A stretch of DNA of 64,000 nt from Octopus sinensis (Eukaryota). Within the stretch, counting starts at the first letter, position 1. Every line of letters starts with the position of its first letter. The stretch lies in the NCBI RefSeq assembly GCF_006345805.1, contig NC_042998.1:87296001-87360000 (forward strand). The letters run 5' to 3'. Below, piece by piece: positions 35,108 through 47,210 of the stretch. The position numbers were made by a program, and so were the translations under genes. The notes below the pieces were generated by a model. It did no database searches, was not told where the DNA came from, and saw only the letters and a program-made list of their open reading frames with translations.

Positions 35108-36203
35108 AGTGCAGAGGTGCTAAGGATCAACTCCTAGTAGACAAACTGTACTTAGAGATTGCAAGAGGAGGAAAACTTAGTCATGTCATGGGTCAATTAT
35201 TGTAAGGCATATGATATGATCCCACCGTCTTGAATTATGGAATGCACAAACTATTTGATATTATATCGAATGTTTAGCGATTGCTTGGAAGAACTATGGT
35301 GAAGTTGAGGATGGAACTGAAAGCATATGGAAGAAGCTTAGGGATAATAGAAATTAGGAGAGGCATCTGCCAAGGAGACTGACTGTCCCCACTGATCTTT
35401 GTACTGTGTAGGAAACCACTAACACTGATTCTGAGAAAAGTAAAAGCTAGTTGTGTATTCAAGAGCTGCCAACATAAAGTCAACCACTTGTTATTCATGG
35501 ATGACCTCAAACTTAATGGTAAAGATGAATTGCAAGTCAGTTCCCTCGTTGATATGGTGTATACCTTCAGTGCTGATATCAGAATGGAGTTCGGACTGAA
35601 AAAGTGTGGTGTGTTAGTCTTGAAGAGATGCAAAATTAAATGTATGGACAGACTAGTGGTACTGTCAGGGGAGGATATGAAACAAATAGAAGAGGTGGGC
35701 TATAAGTACTAGGGGATATTGGAAATAGATAAATTGATGGAGAAAGAAATGACAGAAAAAATTTAAGGTGGAGTACTTGCACAAACTGAGACTGATCCTT
35801 AAGTTGAAATTAAACGGATGGAATAAGATTGAAGCTATTAAGACCTGGGTGTTTTCATTCCTTAGATATGGAGCAGGGATAATAGCATGGACAGTAGATG
35901 AACTAAATAGCTTAGACAGAAAGACAAGGAAGTTGCTGACTAGATATGGGTCACTCTACCCAAAAAGTGACACAGACAGACTGTATGTACCAAGAAAAAG
36001 AGAGGGAAGAGGACTGATTGGATGTGAACACAATGTTAGAGCAGAAGAAAACAGCATAGCATGGTATGTAAAAAATGCCACAGAACCATTATTATTGGAA
36101 GTAAGAAGGCCAGGCTTGTGTAGGATGGAAAATTGCAAAGATAAAGCACTGTGCAAGCACTTGAAAATGAATGAAACTGAAAATAGGAAGATAAAGAAAA
36201 GAA
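35108..36203 (+). pseudogene. R4/Dong-like RLE LINE, RT region (left part of a split element)
   Basis: CRGAKDQLLVDK, KAYDMIP, RRGICQGD.LSPLIF, NHLLFMDDLKL, MEFGLKKCG, YKY*GILE, RYGAGII, DRLYVPRKREGRGLI; many stops and indels. Confidence 0.9.
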
Positions 36204-38107
36204 TCATCATCATCATCGTTTAACGTCCGCTTTCCATGCTAGCATGGGTTGGATGATTTGACTGAGGACTGGTGAACCAGATGGCTGCACCAGACTCCAA
36301 TCTTGATCTGGCAGAGTTTCTACAGCTGGATGCCCTTCCTAACTCCAACCACTCCGAGTGTGTAGTGGGTGCTTTTACATGCCACCGGCATGAGAGTCAC
36401 TCAGGCGGTACTGGCAACAGCCATGCTCAAATGGTGTTTTTTACATTCCACCTGCACAGGAGCCAGTCCAACGGCACTGGTAACGACCACGCTCGAATGT
36501 TTTTTCATGTTCCACTGGCACAAATGACAGTAAGGTGACACTGGTAACGATCACACTTCAATGGTGCTTTTTACGTGCCACAGACACAAAAGCCAGTTAA
36601 CTGCTCTAGCAACAACCGTGCTCAGATGGTGCTCTTAGCGCTCCACTAGCATGGATGCCAGTCATCGAATTTGATTTTGATTTTGATTTCACTTACCTCA
36701 ACAGGTCTTCGCAAGCAGAGTTTAGTGTCCAATGAAGGAAAGTTATGCATAAGTGGGCTGGTATAGGCTATGAGGTTATGGTCTCACTTGGCTTGCCAGG
36801 TCTTCTCAAGCACAGCATATTTCCAAAAGTCTCAGTTACTAGTCATTGCCTCAGATAATCGTTGCTAACCCATGATGAAGCACTACTCTAATCTTAAGTA
36901 TTCTGTTGCATACTCTGAGTACCTCAATTACCTTGTCCACCCATTTTCTGTAAGAAGTATACCCATGCCCCCCAACCCCATCAGTGTTCCCTGCCCAGAA
37001 AATCTTGTAGCTGTGTTCTTTGCCTGTGAGGAATCTAACGGAACCTCCTCTCCACCATCTTGGATGCAGCACATATCGACACATCTCAACAATCTCAACA
37101 CATCTCATATCGATACATCTCAACAATCTCACCAGACCTATCTTTCAGTGTGCCGAAGTTGAGAGTGCCAACCCTGAGGGTGTCAGAGGTATGGGCTCTT
37201 GAGACCCTGGGACGGGGGACAGTAGTGTCATGTACCTGAAAAGAGAGCTCGCATTTGGCAGAATTCATAAACAAACAACAGCCTTAGGTACAACCTGCAT
37301 ACACTACACTATCATATTTTTGCACTATACGATCACTACCTTACATAGTAGTTAAAACCCTAAGTAGGGGTGGGGATGGCGTAAAGCCTTTAGAAGTGTT
37401 CATGGGAGACAACCAAAGGATGACAAAGAATAGGGACTCCAGTACAGGTGGAGGGTGGGTGTACCGCGAACTAGCAAATTTAGATGAGAGCATCTTCAGG
37501 ATAAGTATTCTTTCAGTGGAGGTATTAAAAGTCGAGTAGGGGAATCCGAGTGCATGCTAGTTTATTTAGGGTCGTGGTTGTGGAGGTGGAGGAGGAAGTC
37601 TTGATGAGGCGAGTGATAATCGAAAGAGAGAGAGACACACAGACAGAGTGAGGTCGAGAGAGAGAGAGAGACAGGGTGAGACAGGGAGAGAGAGGGGGTA
37701 GTGGTAGTGGTGGTCAGAACACGAGGGAGAAAGATGTTCTTTTAGGATTTGTGTGGCATAGTTAATTTAATGAGACAGCAAATGTCTATAATAGTAAAAT
37801 AGAATTGAAGAATCTGAGAGCCAATCTAAGACAGAATTAGAGAAAAGTGACTAAGTGATAAATGAACATTTTGCGGTTAAAGAAATGTGTGAACTAAGGT
37901 TATCTTAAGGCAACAACAAGGAAGACGAAACTATTGAATCTATATTTACATGTTGACATGGTAATGAAATAGACAGAATAATGAAAAGAACTAATAAGGG
38001 GTTTATGATCTGTGCAGAAATAGAAGAGTAGATGAACGAGGTTGAAAAGACAAAAATTCTTATCTGAGCATCTTCTGGGATTCGTATTTTTTGGCCAAGG
38101 TATTGAA
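36204..38107 (-). mobile_element. Internally deleted, older RTE-family element: 5' UTR plus EN start joined to 3' UTR and (GAT)n tail
   Basis: Tail at 36204-36360, hairpin modules at 36360-36660, EN fragment GGSVRFLTGKEHSYKIFWAGNTDGVGG at 36860-37260; 5' UTR is homologous to 22641-22870. Confidence 0.88.
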
Positions 38108-38598
38108 ATGCATGGACAATTTCAATAGGGATGTTAAAAATAAGACAGACAGAAGAAAAAAGATGACTATGGATGACTAAAAGTGATTTAAAACAGAAAA
38201 TGGAGGCGCTAATCTGTGCTGCTCAAGAGCAAGCATTAAGAACCAATTACATCAAATACAGAATAGACAACACATCAGAAAGTGATAGGTGCAGAATTTG
38301 TGGACAAAATGGTGAAACTGTATGGTATATTACCAGTCAATGTACACGACTAGCCCAGAAAGAATATAAGAGACATCATGACAACATAGCAAGGACTGTC
38401 CATTGGACCCTTTGCAACAACTATGGACTTAGCAGAGCAAAAAAGTGGTACAAACATAAACCTGAAGGTATCATCGAAAATGATAATGCAAAGATCCTAT
38501 GGGATTTTATGATTCAGTGCAATCATGAGATAGAGAATAGGAAACCAGACATTGTGTTAATTGAGAAAGAAAGTAAACGATGCTGGATCATAGATACA
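38108..38598 (+). pseudogene. R4/Dong-like RLE LINE, CCHC and RLE region (right part of the split element)
   Basis: MHGQF...WMTKSDLK...EALICAAQEQALRTN...CRICGQNGETVWYITSQC...KILWDF...RKPDIVLI..CWIID; continues directly from ...KIKKR at 36200. Confidence 0.9.
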
Positions 38599-38607
38599 GA
38601 TACACAA

Positions 38608-38658
<51 letters not shown>

Positions 38659-38659
38659 C

Positions 38660-38815
38660 GACAGGCTTCTTTCCGTTTCTATCTACCAAATCCACTCACA
38701 AGGCTTTGGTTGATCTGAGGCTATAGTAGAAGATACTTGCCTAAGGTGCCATGCAGTGGGATTGAACCTGGAATGATGTGGTTGGGAAGTAAGCTTCTTA
38801 ACTCAAGGCCACTCC
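38660..38815 (-). mobile_element. SINE (related copies at ~44125-44280 and ~46590-46740)
   Basis: ctaccaaatccactcacaaggctttgg...gctatagtagaagatacttgcc.aaggtgcc...ggattgaacc shared by three loci; B-box-like ggttcaatcc on the minus strand. Confidence 0.8.
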
Positions 38816-40849
38816 TATACTTATATATATATTTTATACACACACACACACACAACACACACACACACACACATATTTAGCCAATAGCCTCATGGCAGAA
38901 AATTCCTTATGGGAACATGACCTTCCCCTTTGCAAACTAGAGAACAGAAAAATAACATCTGCAGAATGGCCCATTTCAGTCACAGCTGAAATTGTTCAAG
39001 AGGAGATAACTCTTCTTTTTGCTCTCAGGGAAGTTGTTTTTCCTTCTTTTTTTTTTTTGTTTGGTTGCAGTGTTTTTCACTAACTGAACAGAACTATACA
39101 ACTACTGCCATTAGTAAAGAAGCTATGTGCTTTTGGTCAATAGGTCTGATGAATTGCCTAACTGCTGAGTGCAGTGGCAAATGTAAAATCCATGATAACT
39201 AGTCATTTGCCATAATGAAGGATGTACCACTCAACTACATAATATATATATGACTATGTATGCATGTGTATGTGTGCCTAAATACATGCACACTCATACT
39301 CACACTCACACACACACACATACATGCACACACACACAAGGAAATTGAGAAAGAAATAGCTAGAGAGACATAAAAAGATGTTGGGAGAATGAGTGGGAGG
39401 CCTGTAAACTGAAGTAACTATAGCAATAGAATAAAACACACAAGTGGGAGAGGGAGTCATAGAGTGAAATTAGAAAGGAAGAATAGAGAAAGATACAAAG
39501 AAAGAGTAAGAAAGTGAATTTAAACTAAATTGCTGGATGAAAATAATGTTTGTGTTAAGATTATAGCAATAAAAACAAGCCAAATATTCAGATAATAATT
39601 TTCTTTTTCAGATAATAATTTTCTTTTCCAAATGATAATCTTCTTTTATATGGTAGCTGCATAATAAATAGGCTTAAAAGGAGAGAAAAAAAAACTAGCT
39701 GTTCCACCATCTTTAATTAAACCTTTATGCTGGCATATCATTTGTTTCCTGAGAATATGATCATTCTTTCATTTTTGATGTCCATTTTGTTTTCATTATG
39801 AAAAGAAATGTAACTACAGCTTTTCTTAGCTAATTTTCTATGAATCCCAACAATCCATGGGATCAGTAGCTATGCTTTATATTTTATTTACATCAAGTGG
39901 ATGAGAGATGAATCGCCCTCTCAATAGGACATATCTCTTGTAGCTTTCCCTGATAGAAGAGTTGAAATCAACTCTGGAAACCAATGAAATGTTTCTCAGT
40001 TACACAGCACTACAAAGTGATTGTAACACTGTGCAATTGATACAGTATTTACACTGTACTATAGTTACTTACAGTGGTAAACTGTACTGTACCCCATACT
40101 AATCTGAAACTACCTCAACTGTACATAAGACTACCGTTTCTTCAGACTACCAGTTGAGGATGAGTTGTTCTTTGGTTTCAGTTTGCTTGCATTTGACATA
40201 ACTAAATACAACATTCCTTTCTCTTGTCTTCAAATACCACTGCTACGATGTCCTTCTTAACTCTAAAGATTTTTTAGATTTAGTTTTGAATCAATGACAT
40301 CAACCCCAGTAAGAAATACTTTACTACCATCATACCTTGCACAAATCTCTAATTTTGCATATGTAAGATGGTTCCTTGCATTATTACTTCTCATACTGAC
40401 TCCTTTGACACCATAACAGAATGAACTTGACAACCAGGATTATTTTTGTCAAACTGAACTTTAATGTAAGATCCAGACATTGTTTTACTGTTTTTGAAAT
40501 TTAACTTTGAAACATAAACACCTTCATCAGTTTTACTCAAAGTCTCCAGTCACTTGCACCATTGAGAAGCCTTGATCTAAGATTTCTTTTCTGTGTCTTC
40601 CTACATCAAATTCTACCACCTTCCTTGAAGGTAACTACAGAATGTAATTTAATCAAAGGAAGTATAATTGGCTATGTTGTATTACTACATCCTGCCTATC
40701 ATTGTTATTCTGATTGGATGCTAATTGTTCTGCACTTCATCTAATTTTACCATTTATTTTGGATAGCTTCAATTCTCTCAATTCTTTTCACTTCAGCAGG
40801 GTCACTCACTTTGTGATAACTTTTGGCTGTTTTAGATGAGCAACAGAAC

Positions 40850-41400
40850 CCACTGAACTCTGTATCATCATACAGCAATGAGCTTTTAATACTGAAAAGT
40901 CTTCTACAAACAAAGTGAATATCAACTGGAGCATTGCAGTTACATTTTAAAGTTCATCTCTCATGAAGCATAGAAGGAAACTATATATTTTCATATGAAT
41001 TTACAAATACATTTTAATGTTCTTTCCATTAATATTAATGGTCTCCAGCACTTGAAGAGCCTAGAAACAGGTGATGCTTAATATATACCATATTTCAGAT
41101 ATGCCATTCCAATTGCAGTTATCAAGGTGGTTAGTCTCTTTAATCTCTCATTCTACTTAGTCTCAATTCCAATCCTCTTCTTCACATTATTTCAGAGAAA
41201 AGGACAGGCATAACTAACACTTCTAATGAGTTGCTCTTCAATGGTTGGAATTTGTTCTTTTCTGATTTTAAAGTGAGACTCCTCAGCATACCCTAGTAAA
41301 ATGGATAAGCGACAGCTATAACTTTTGTCCTCTCTGGCCTTGACACAGAAACAAAGCTGAAGCGAGAATTTCATCTTATTCAGTTGTTTCATCCTGAAGT
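40850..41400 (-). mobile_element. Highly degraded LINE RT remnant
   Basis: Residual ININGKNIK...KFI and SYACPF segments in the order expected for RT motifs; mostly unreadable. Confidence 0.35.
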
Positions 41401-41632
41401 GATGATGTTAATCATGAAAGCTTCTTGTTGTTATACTAAGATTTATTTTTTTTAATTTCCACCCCTCCTGGATAATTTCTTTTGCCTTTCATTGTCAATT
41501 TCTTAAACACTTCAAAAATACGTGGTGAAATGATAGAAGCTATCTCTAGCACCTGACAACTGACAGAAAACTTTTTCTTGGGAAAACTGAAGCTAAGTAC
41601 TTTATGAAGAGTTCATTTACAAAATCTGTCTA

Positions 41633-41676
<44 letters not shown>

Positions 41677-41959
41677 ATACACACATGTGTGTATGCACAT
41701 GCATGCACACAAAATTCCAATGTTTTGTATAATATTGCAAAAGGGAACACTTTTGTACATTTTAAATGTTTTATTGTGTGTACTGTACATCTTTCTTTTT
41801 TAGTTGTTGCTTTTTGTCCCCACTTTTACCATTTTCTGTTGAGTTATAGTGAAACTGAGCACTGTATACAATAAACCCATTATCATATTTGAAGGATATG
41901 AAAATCTTTTCTTTCCTTTCAACTTTTTTAAATAAAACTTCAAATCATTTGTTCATAAT

Positions 41960-42545
41960 GGCCTATGCCAAAGGTGTAACCAGCCCACTTATGCGTACCT
42001 TTCCTTCATTGGACACTAAACTCTGCTTGCAAAGGCCTGTTGAGGCAAGTGAAATCGAAATCAAATCAAATTCACAAATTCAATAACTGGCACACGTGTC
42101 AGGGGAGCGCTAAGAGCACCATCCGAGCGTGATCGCTGCCAGAGCAGCTGACTGGCTTCCATGCCGGTGGCATGTAAAAAGCACCATTCAAACATGATTG
42201 TTACCAGCATCACCTTACTGGCACTTGTGCCGGTGGCATGTAAAAAACATTCGAGCGAGGTCATTACCAGTGCCACTGGACTGGCTCCTGCACAGGTGGA
42301 ATGTAAAAAACACCATTTGAGTGTGGCCATCACCAGTACTGCCTGACTGGCCCTTGCGCTGGTGGCACTTAAAAGCACCCACTACACTCTTGGAGTGGTT
42401 GGCGTTAGGAAGGGCATCCAGCTGTAGAAACTCTGCCAGATCAGATTGGAGCCTGGTGCAGCCATCTGGTTCATCAGTCCTCAGTCAAGTCGTTCAACTC
42501 ATGCTAGCATGGAAAGCGGACGTTAAGCGATGATGATGATGATGT
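41960..42545 (+). mobile_element. RTE-family 3' UTR copy with four hairpin modules and (GAT)n tail
   Basis: Matches the reverse complement of 36204-36850 and the 26640-27330 region. Confidence 0.88.
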
Positions 42546-43074
42546 TAATGGTAGCCTAGGATTCCTAGCTATTGACACAAATCTGTTGAATTCACATGAC
42601 AGTCAGATCATTCTAAAGAGGAAATCTTATCTTTATATCAAAACTAGATGGATAGGTGTTAGAGGAGGAATGAAAAAATGCTGCCAGAAAACTATTGGAA
42701 ACCACTGAAAAAGCAAATCCTTCCATCTGGCTCAAGAGAGAGGACAAGTGGTGGAGCAAGAACAAGCATTGAGAATAGTAGAAACATCTGCCCCAGAGTC
42801 ACTACATCTAACTCAATGAAACTTGTGCTGTTGGGCAGGAGTTTTGTTGTCTATATTGGTTAGTGGTCCTGGGCAGCCCTGGTGTCATGGTAGAAGGGGT
42901 TGCAATATCTACAGGGCTCCTTCATTACCTACTGAGAAATCAATTCCTGCATTCAGAGATGGAATACAGAATCAACTTCAGCATAAAAATGTTTACCTTA
43001 AAAACAATACATGAACAATACATGCCTGCCTTTTTAGATACTATTTTCTAAAATGTGTGACCTTATACCTCATC

Positions 43075-43732
43075 ATCATCATCATCAACATCATCATCAT
43101 CATCAACATCGCTTAATGTCCGTTTTCCATGCTAGCATGGGTTGGGCAGTCTGACTGAAGTCTGGAGAGCCAGCGACTGCACTAGGCTCCAATCTGATCT
43201 GGCAATGTTTCTACAGCTGGATGACCTTCCTAATGTCAACCACTCCGAGGGTGTTGTGAGTGCTTTTTATGTGCCACTGGCACAGGAGCCAGTCAGGCGA
43301 GCCTGGCATCGATCACATTCAGATAGTACTTTTTCATGCCACCGGCATGGGAGCCAGTCAGATGGTACTGGCATCAGCTACATTCAGATGGTGCTTTTTA
43401 TGTTCCACTGGCACAGGAGCCAGTCAGTGGGGTACTGGTATCAAGAAATTAATTTTATATATCTTCTCCCATGCAGGTAGCATGTAAAAACACCTTTTGA
43501 GCATGGTTGTTGCCAGAACTGCCTGACTGGCCCACTGGCCGGTGGCACATAAAAGCATCCACTACACTCTCAGAGTGGTTGGCATTAGGAAGGGCATCCT
43601 GTTGTAGAAACTTTGCTAGATCAGATTGGAGCCTGGTGCAGCCTTCTGGCTCACTAGTCCTTAGTCAAACCATCCAGCCCATGCCAGCATAGAAAGCGGA
43701 TGTTAAACAATGATGATGATGATGATGATGAC
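43075..43732. mobile_element. Two RTE 3' UTR copies in inverted, tails-out arrangement
   Basis: Minus copy at 43075-43440 ((CAT)n at left), plus copy at ~43480-43732 ((GAT)n at right). Confidence 0.85.
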
Positions 43733-45318
43733 GACTGTTACTATCTATTTTATGGTTTCACAAGTCAACAAGTATACCTCTATCTTGTTGCTCAACCTGA
43801 AAGAAACAACAACTAAATCAGTCTTAGATCATACTCAAATGTTTTGAATATGGAAAGGGCACACTGGATAATGTAGTTCTAGATGAATATATTATTGAGG
43901 CATTATTTTGTAGCCACATTCTCTTCCTGACACTAGGCCTCACCTGCTTTTCAAGTGAGGGATATTGCACTCTACATCTTTGAAGGTTCAAAGTCGAAGG
44001 GCTAATTGTTGACTGGGAAAATGATGGCAATATTCACTTGAAGCTCTACAATTTTTCAAAGAGATGCAAATACAAACAAACACATTAACATGCACTCACA
44101 CACACACACACACACACACACACAGTGAGCTTCTTTCAGTTTCTGCCAACCAAGTCCATTCACTAGGCTTTGGTAAACCCAGGGCTATAGCAGAAAACAC
44201 TTGCCCAAGGTGCCACATGCTAGAATTAAACCATAAACCATGAGAAGTCAAGTTTCTCAATCACACAGCCATAACTGTACTTAAACATATTTTTAAAAAG
44301 GTAGGATAATCACAAATGAAATGTCCTTTGGTTACAAATCTCATCATAAAGATTAGGGAACATGTGTGACTCTAAATGATAACTTGATGATTTCTGCAGT
44401 TTTTCCAACATTTATAAACAGATAACATCTTTTCCTACAATGAACATCATTATTGAAAATGATGTTGAAGATAATGTTATTATGATGCTTGGTTAACTTT
44501 GAATTAATATCATTACTATATCACCACTACTGTTGCTGTTATGTTAAATCATTCTTTATTAAGACTGGAAATGTCAACTTGGACTAAATTTAAAAACATG
44601 TCTTATTTAATGAAGCAACAGAGAAGACAGTCTTTTGAAATGGCTACAGGGGAATGTTTTCGACAATTTAATGGTTTCATCTTGTCACTAGAATATGTAT
44701 GATACAAGAAACTCATTCAGTGTATGCACATTGTATGTGCACACACACACATGCACAAATACACACACATGCACACACACATACATGCACACACATACAC
44801 AAATACATGCACACATGCACTTACACATACTTACTAACATATAATGCATGCATACCTATATGTGCATATCTATCCATCTGTCTACCTGTCTATCTATCTA
44901 TCAATCTAGCTATCTATCTATCTGTCTGTCTGTCTATTTATCTATCTTGATTAATGAATGACGCAAGAATAAAAGTTACATAATCATTTTCATTGGCTTA
45001 CAGCTGTTTCTGCTATAAGTATGCACGCACTCACAAACTGAGTGCTCTTGTGACTCCCAATAGCTTTCTTGAAGTCATTTAGATGAAGTTCAAATTAAAG
45101 TGATTAGGAAACTGGTGTTTGTATCATTTATTAACTGATATTACGCTCTCTACTCATCTGATGGTATACTGTAAAATATAAGTTTATTGAGTTCTAACAA
45201 CTGGTTATTAGTATCGCTATGTCGAAGCAGAATCACAAAATACCTATCCATATCTGTCTATCAATATTTATATCTACCAAGCTGTCTATTTGTTTGTCTG
45301 TCTGTCTGTATGAATGTT

Positions 45319-45350
<32 letters not shown>

Positions 45351-45364
45351 TGTATGTATATAAA

Positions 45365-45695
45365 AAATCCAAAATGGGACAAGAACGCAAGACATCTGGA
45401 CAGCTAGGTGATACAAAAATGGGACAACAAAACATCCAGATAGATGATACAAGGAAACAAGGATGGGTCATTCGAAGTTTTCTTTCCTCAGTCAAGCACT
45501 AGATTTTCCTCGCAATTTTGGCTGATTATACTCGAGATTGCTCCAACCTGGCCACCCCCAAGGAAAAATTGAGCTAAGAGCATTAGATTCCTTGGAAGAA
45601 AGCAGTGAATGTATACAAAAACAAGGACAGAAAAAAACGGACAATGTTACACAAATACAAATACAATATAAATAATAATAGGACATAACAACTGG
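45365..45695. repeat. Unclassified interspersed repeat between (TATG)n tracts
   Basis: Complex non-coding block (ctcgagattgctccaacctggccacccccaagg...) that I recall as a cephalopod repeat; only one copy in the window. Confidence 0.35.
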
Positions 45696-45719
45696 TGTCT
45701 TATGTATGTATGTATGTAT

Positions 45720-45955
45720 GTCATTATTCAGTTTTATTTCAAGATTTCTTGCCAATAGAGAAAGAGCCGGTTTCTAACTCGACCCAAGGTTCCTTCATTG
45801 AAATTTATACATCAACAACAGAGTATTTTTGTATGTATGGATGTATATGTGAAGATCTGTGTGTTTTGTTTTCTGTATGTCTTCTCTTGCATATACTTGC
45901 ATATCTAGACATGCTCATATGTACTTAAATGATAAACTTCTGAAAAGTTTTATGT
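45720..45955 (-). mobile_element. 3'-terminal fragment of the (TACA)n-associated RLE LINE family
   Basis: cattattcagttttatttcaag...agagaaagagccggtttctaac...tagacatgctcat...aatgataaacttctgaaaagtttta matches 53925-54290 and 56621-57260. Confidence 0.8.
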
Positions 45956-46254
45956 ATATGTGTGTGTGTATGTATGAATGAATTTATATATCATATTCGA
46001 TGGCATAAAACGTTCCAGAATATTAAACACATAAGATTTAGAATATGAACCAGTGACATGATATCAGGTTTATCAGGTACAGGATTCATGGAATTTTGTT
46101 ACATGAAATCATTGTTACATGGAAGCCATGACAAAAGTGTTTTGTGTTATGACCATATCACATTGAAAACATCAAATCTTGGCTGATCATTGAGGTTAAG
46201 CAATGTCCAGTCTAGTTGGTACTTCAGTGGTACTGTAAGCAAAACCTTTAGATA

Positions 46255-46545
46255 GGTACAAGCATGGCTATGTGATTAAGAGGTTTGCTTCCCTTCCCAT
46301 GCAGGTGGTTTTGGGTTCAGTCTCACTGTGCAACCCTTTATAGGTAGATTTGGTTGACAGAAACTGAAAGTTTATCATGTACATTTGACTGAGGCCATGC
46401 TGGAGTACTGCCTTTAGTCGAACAAACTGACCCCAGGACTTATTCTTTGTAAACCTAGTACTTATTCTATCAGTCTCTTTTGCTGAACCACTAAGTTACA
46501 GGGATGTAAACACACCAGCATCGGTTGTCAAGCGATGGGGGGGGG
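46255..46545 (+). mobile_element. tRNA-derived SINE
   Basis: gcatggctatgtgattaagagg (A-box-like) and gggttcagtctc (B-box-like), then gaccccaggacttattc...gctgaaccactaagttac, ending in CA repeats. Confidence 0.65.
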
Positions 46546-46899
46546 ACACAAACACAGACATACAAACATACACACACACACATATGCATATGTTTCTGTC
46601 TACCAAATCCACTCACAAGGCTTTGGTCAGCCCGAGGCTACAGTAGAAGACACTTGCCGAAGATGCCATGCATTGGGACTGAACCCGGAACCATGTGGTC
46701 AGTAAGCAAGCTACTTACCACACAGCCACTCCTGCACCTATATGTATATGTGTAATGTTTATGTGTTAAAGCACTTGTGTTTTCTGGTCAATGAATAACA
46801 GAACTCCACATTACAGCATGATTTTGTGAATGCAATACTTCCATAATGCCTACATTTTATTGACTCAACAGGTCATACAACTCCCAGATGACTTTTTGG

Positions 46900-47210
46900 C
46901 TTAGTGGCTTATGTACTTAGCTCATGATTGTAATAACATGAGCTTGATTCCTGGCAGCAGGTTGTGTCCTTGAACAAGACATTTTATTTCCCGTTGCTTC
47001 AATCCACTCAGCTGGCAAAAATGAGTTGTACCTGTATTTCAAAAGGCCAGCCTTGTCACATTCTGTGTCACACTGAATCTCCCTGAGAATTACATTAAAG
47101 GTACATGTGTTTGTGGAGTGCTCACCCGCTTGCACATTCATTTTATGAGCAGGTTGCTCTGTTGATCATGTCAACTGGAACACTCGTTGCCATAACCGAC
47201 GGAGAGCCAG
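46900..47210 (+). mobile_element. tRNA-derived SINE (3' half shared with 2518 copy)
   Basis: tggcttagtgg A-box-like and gagcttgattcc B-box-like; tail gtacctgtatttcaaaagg...gtggagtgctca. Confidence 0.7.

Noticed and set aside
39071-39112. Acceptor-like ttgcag followed by ...EQNYTTTAIS, superficially like the KCNQ exon end
   Set aside because: No GT donor and the similarity is too weak to be an alternative exon.
39143-39190. CTGATGA followed by a nested hairpin (TTGCC/GGCAA, ACTGC/GCAGT)
   Set aside because: Followed by ATGTAAA rather than GAAA, with no stem I or III.
45455-45500. CTGAGGA...CTTCGAAT hammerhead-like motif on the minus strand
   Set aside because: No GAAA, and stems I and III do not pair.
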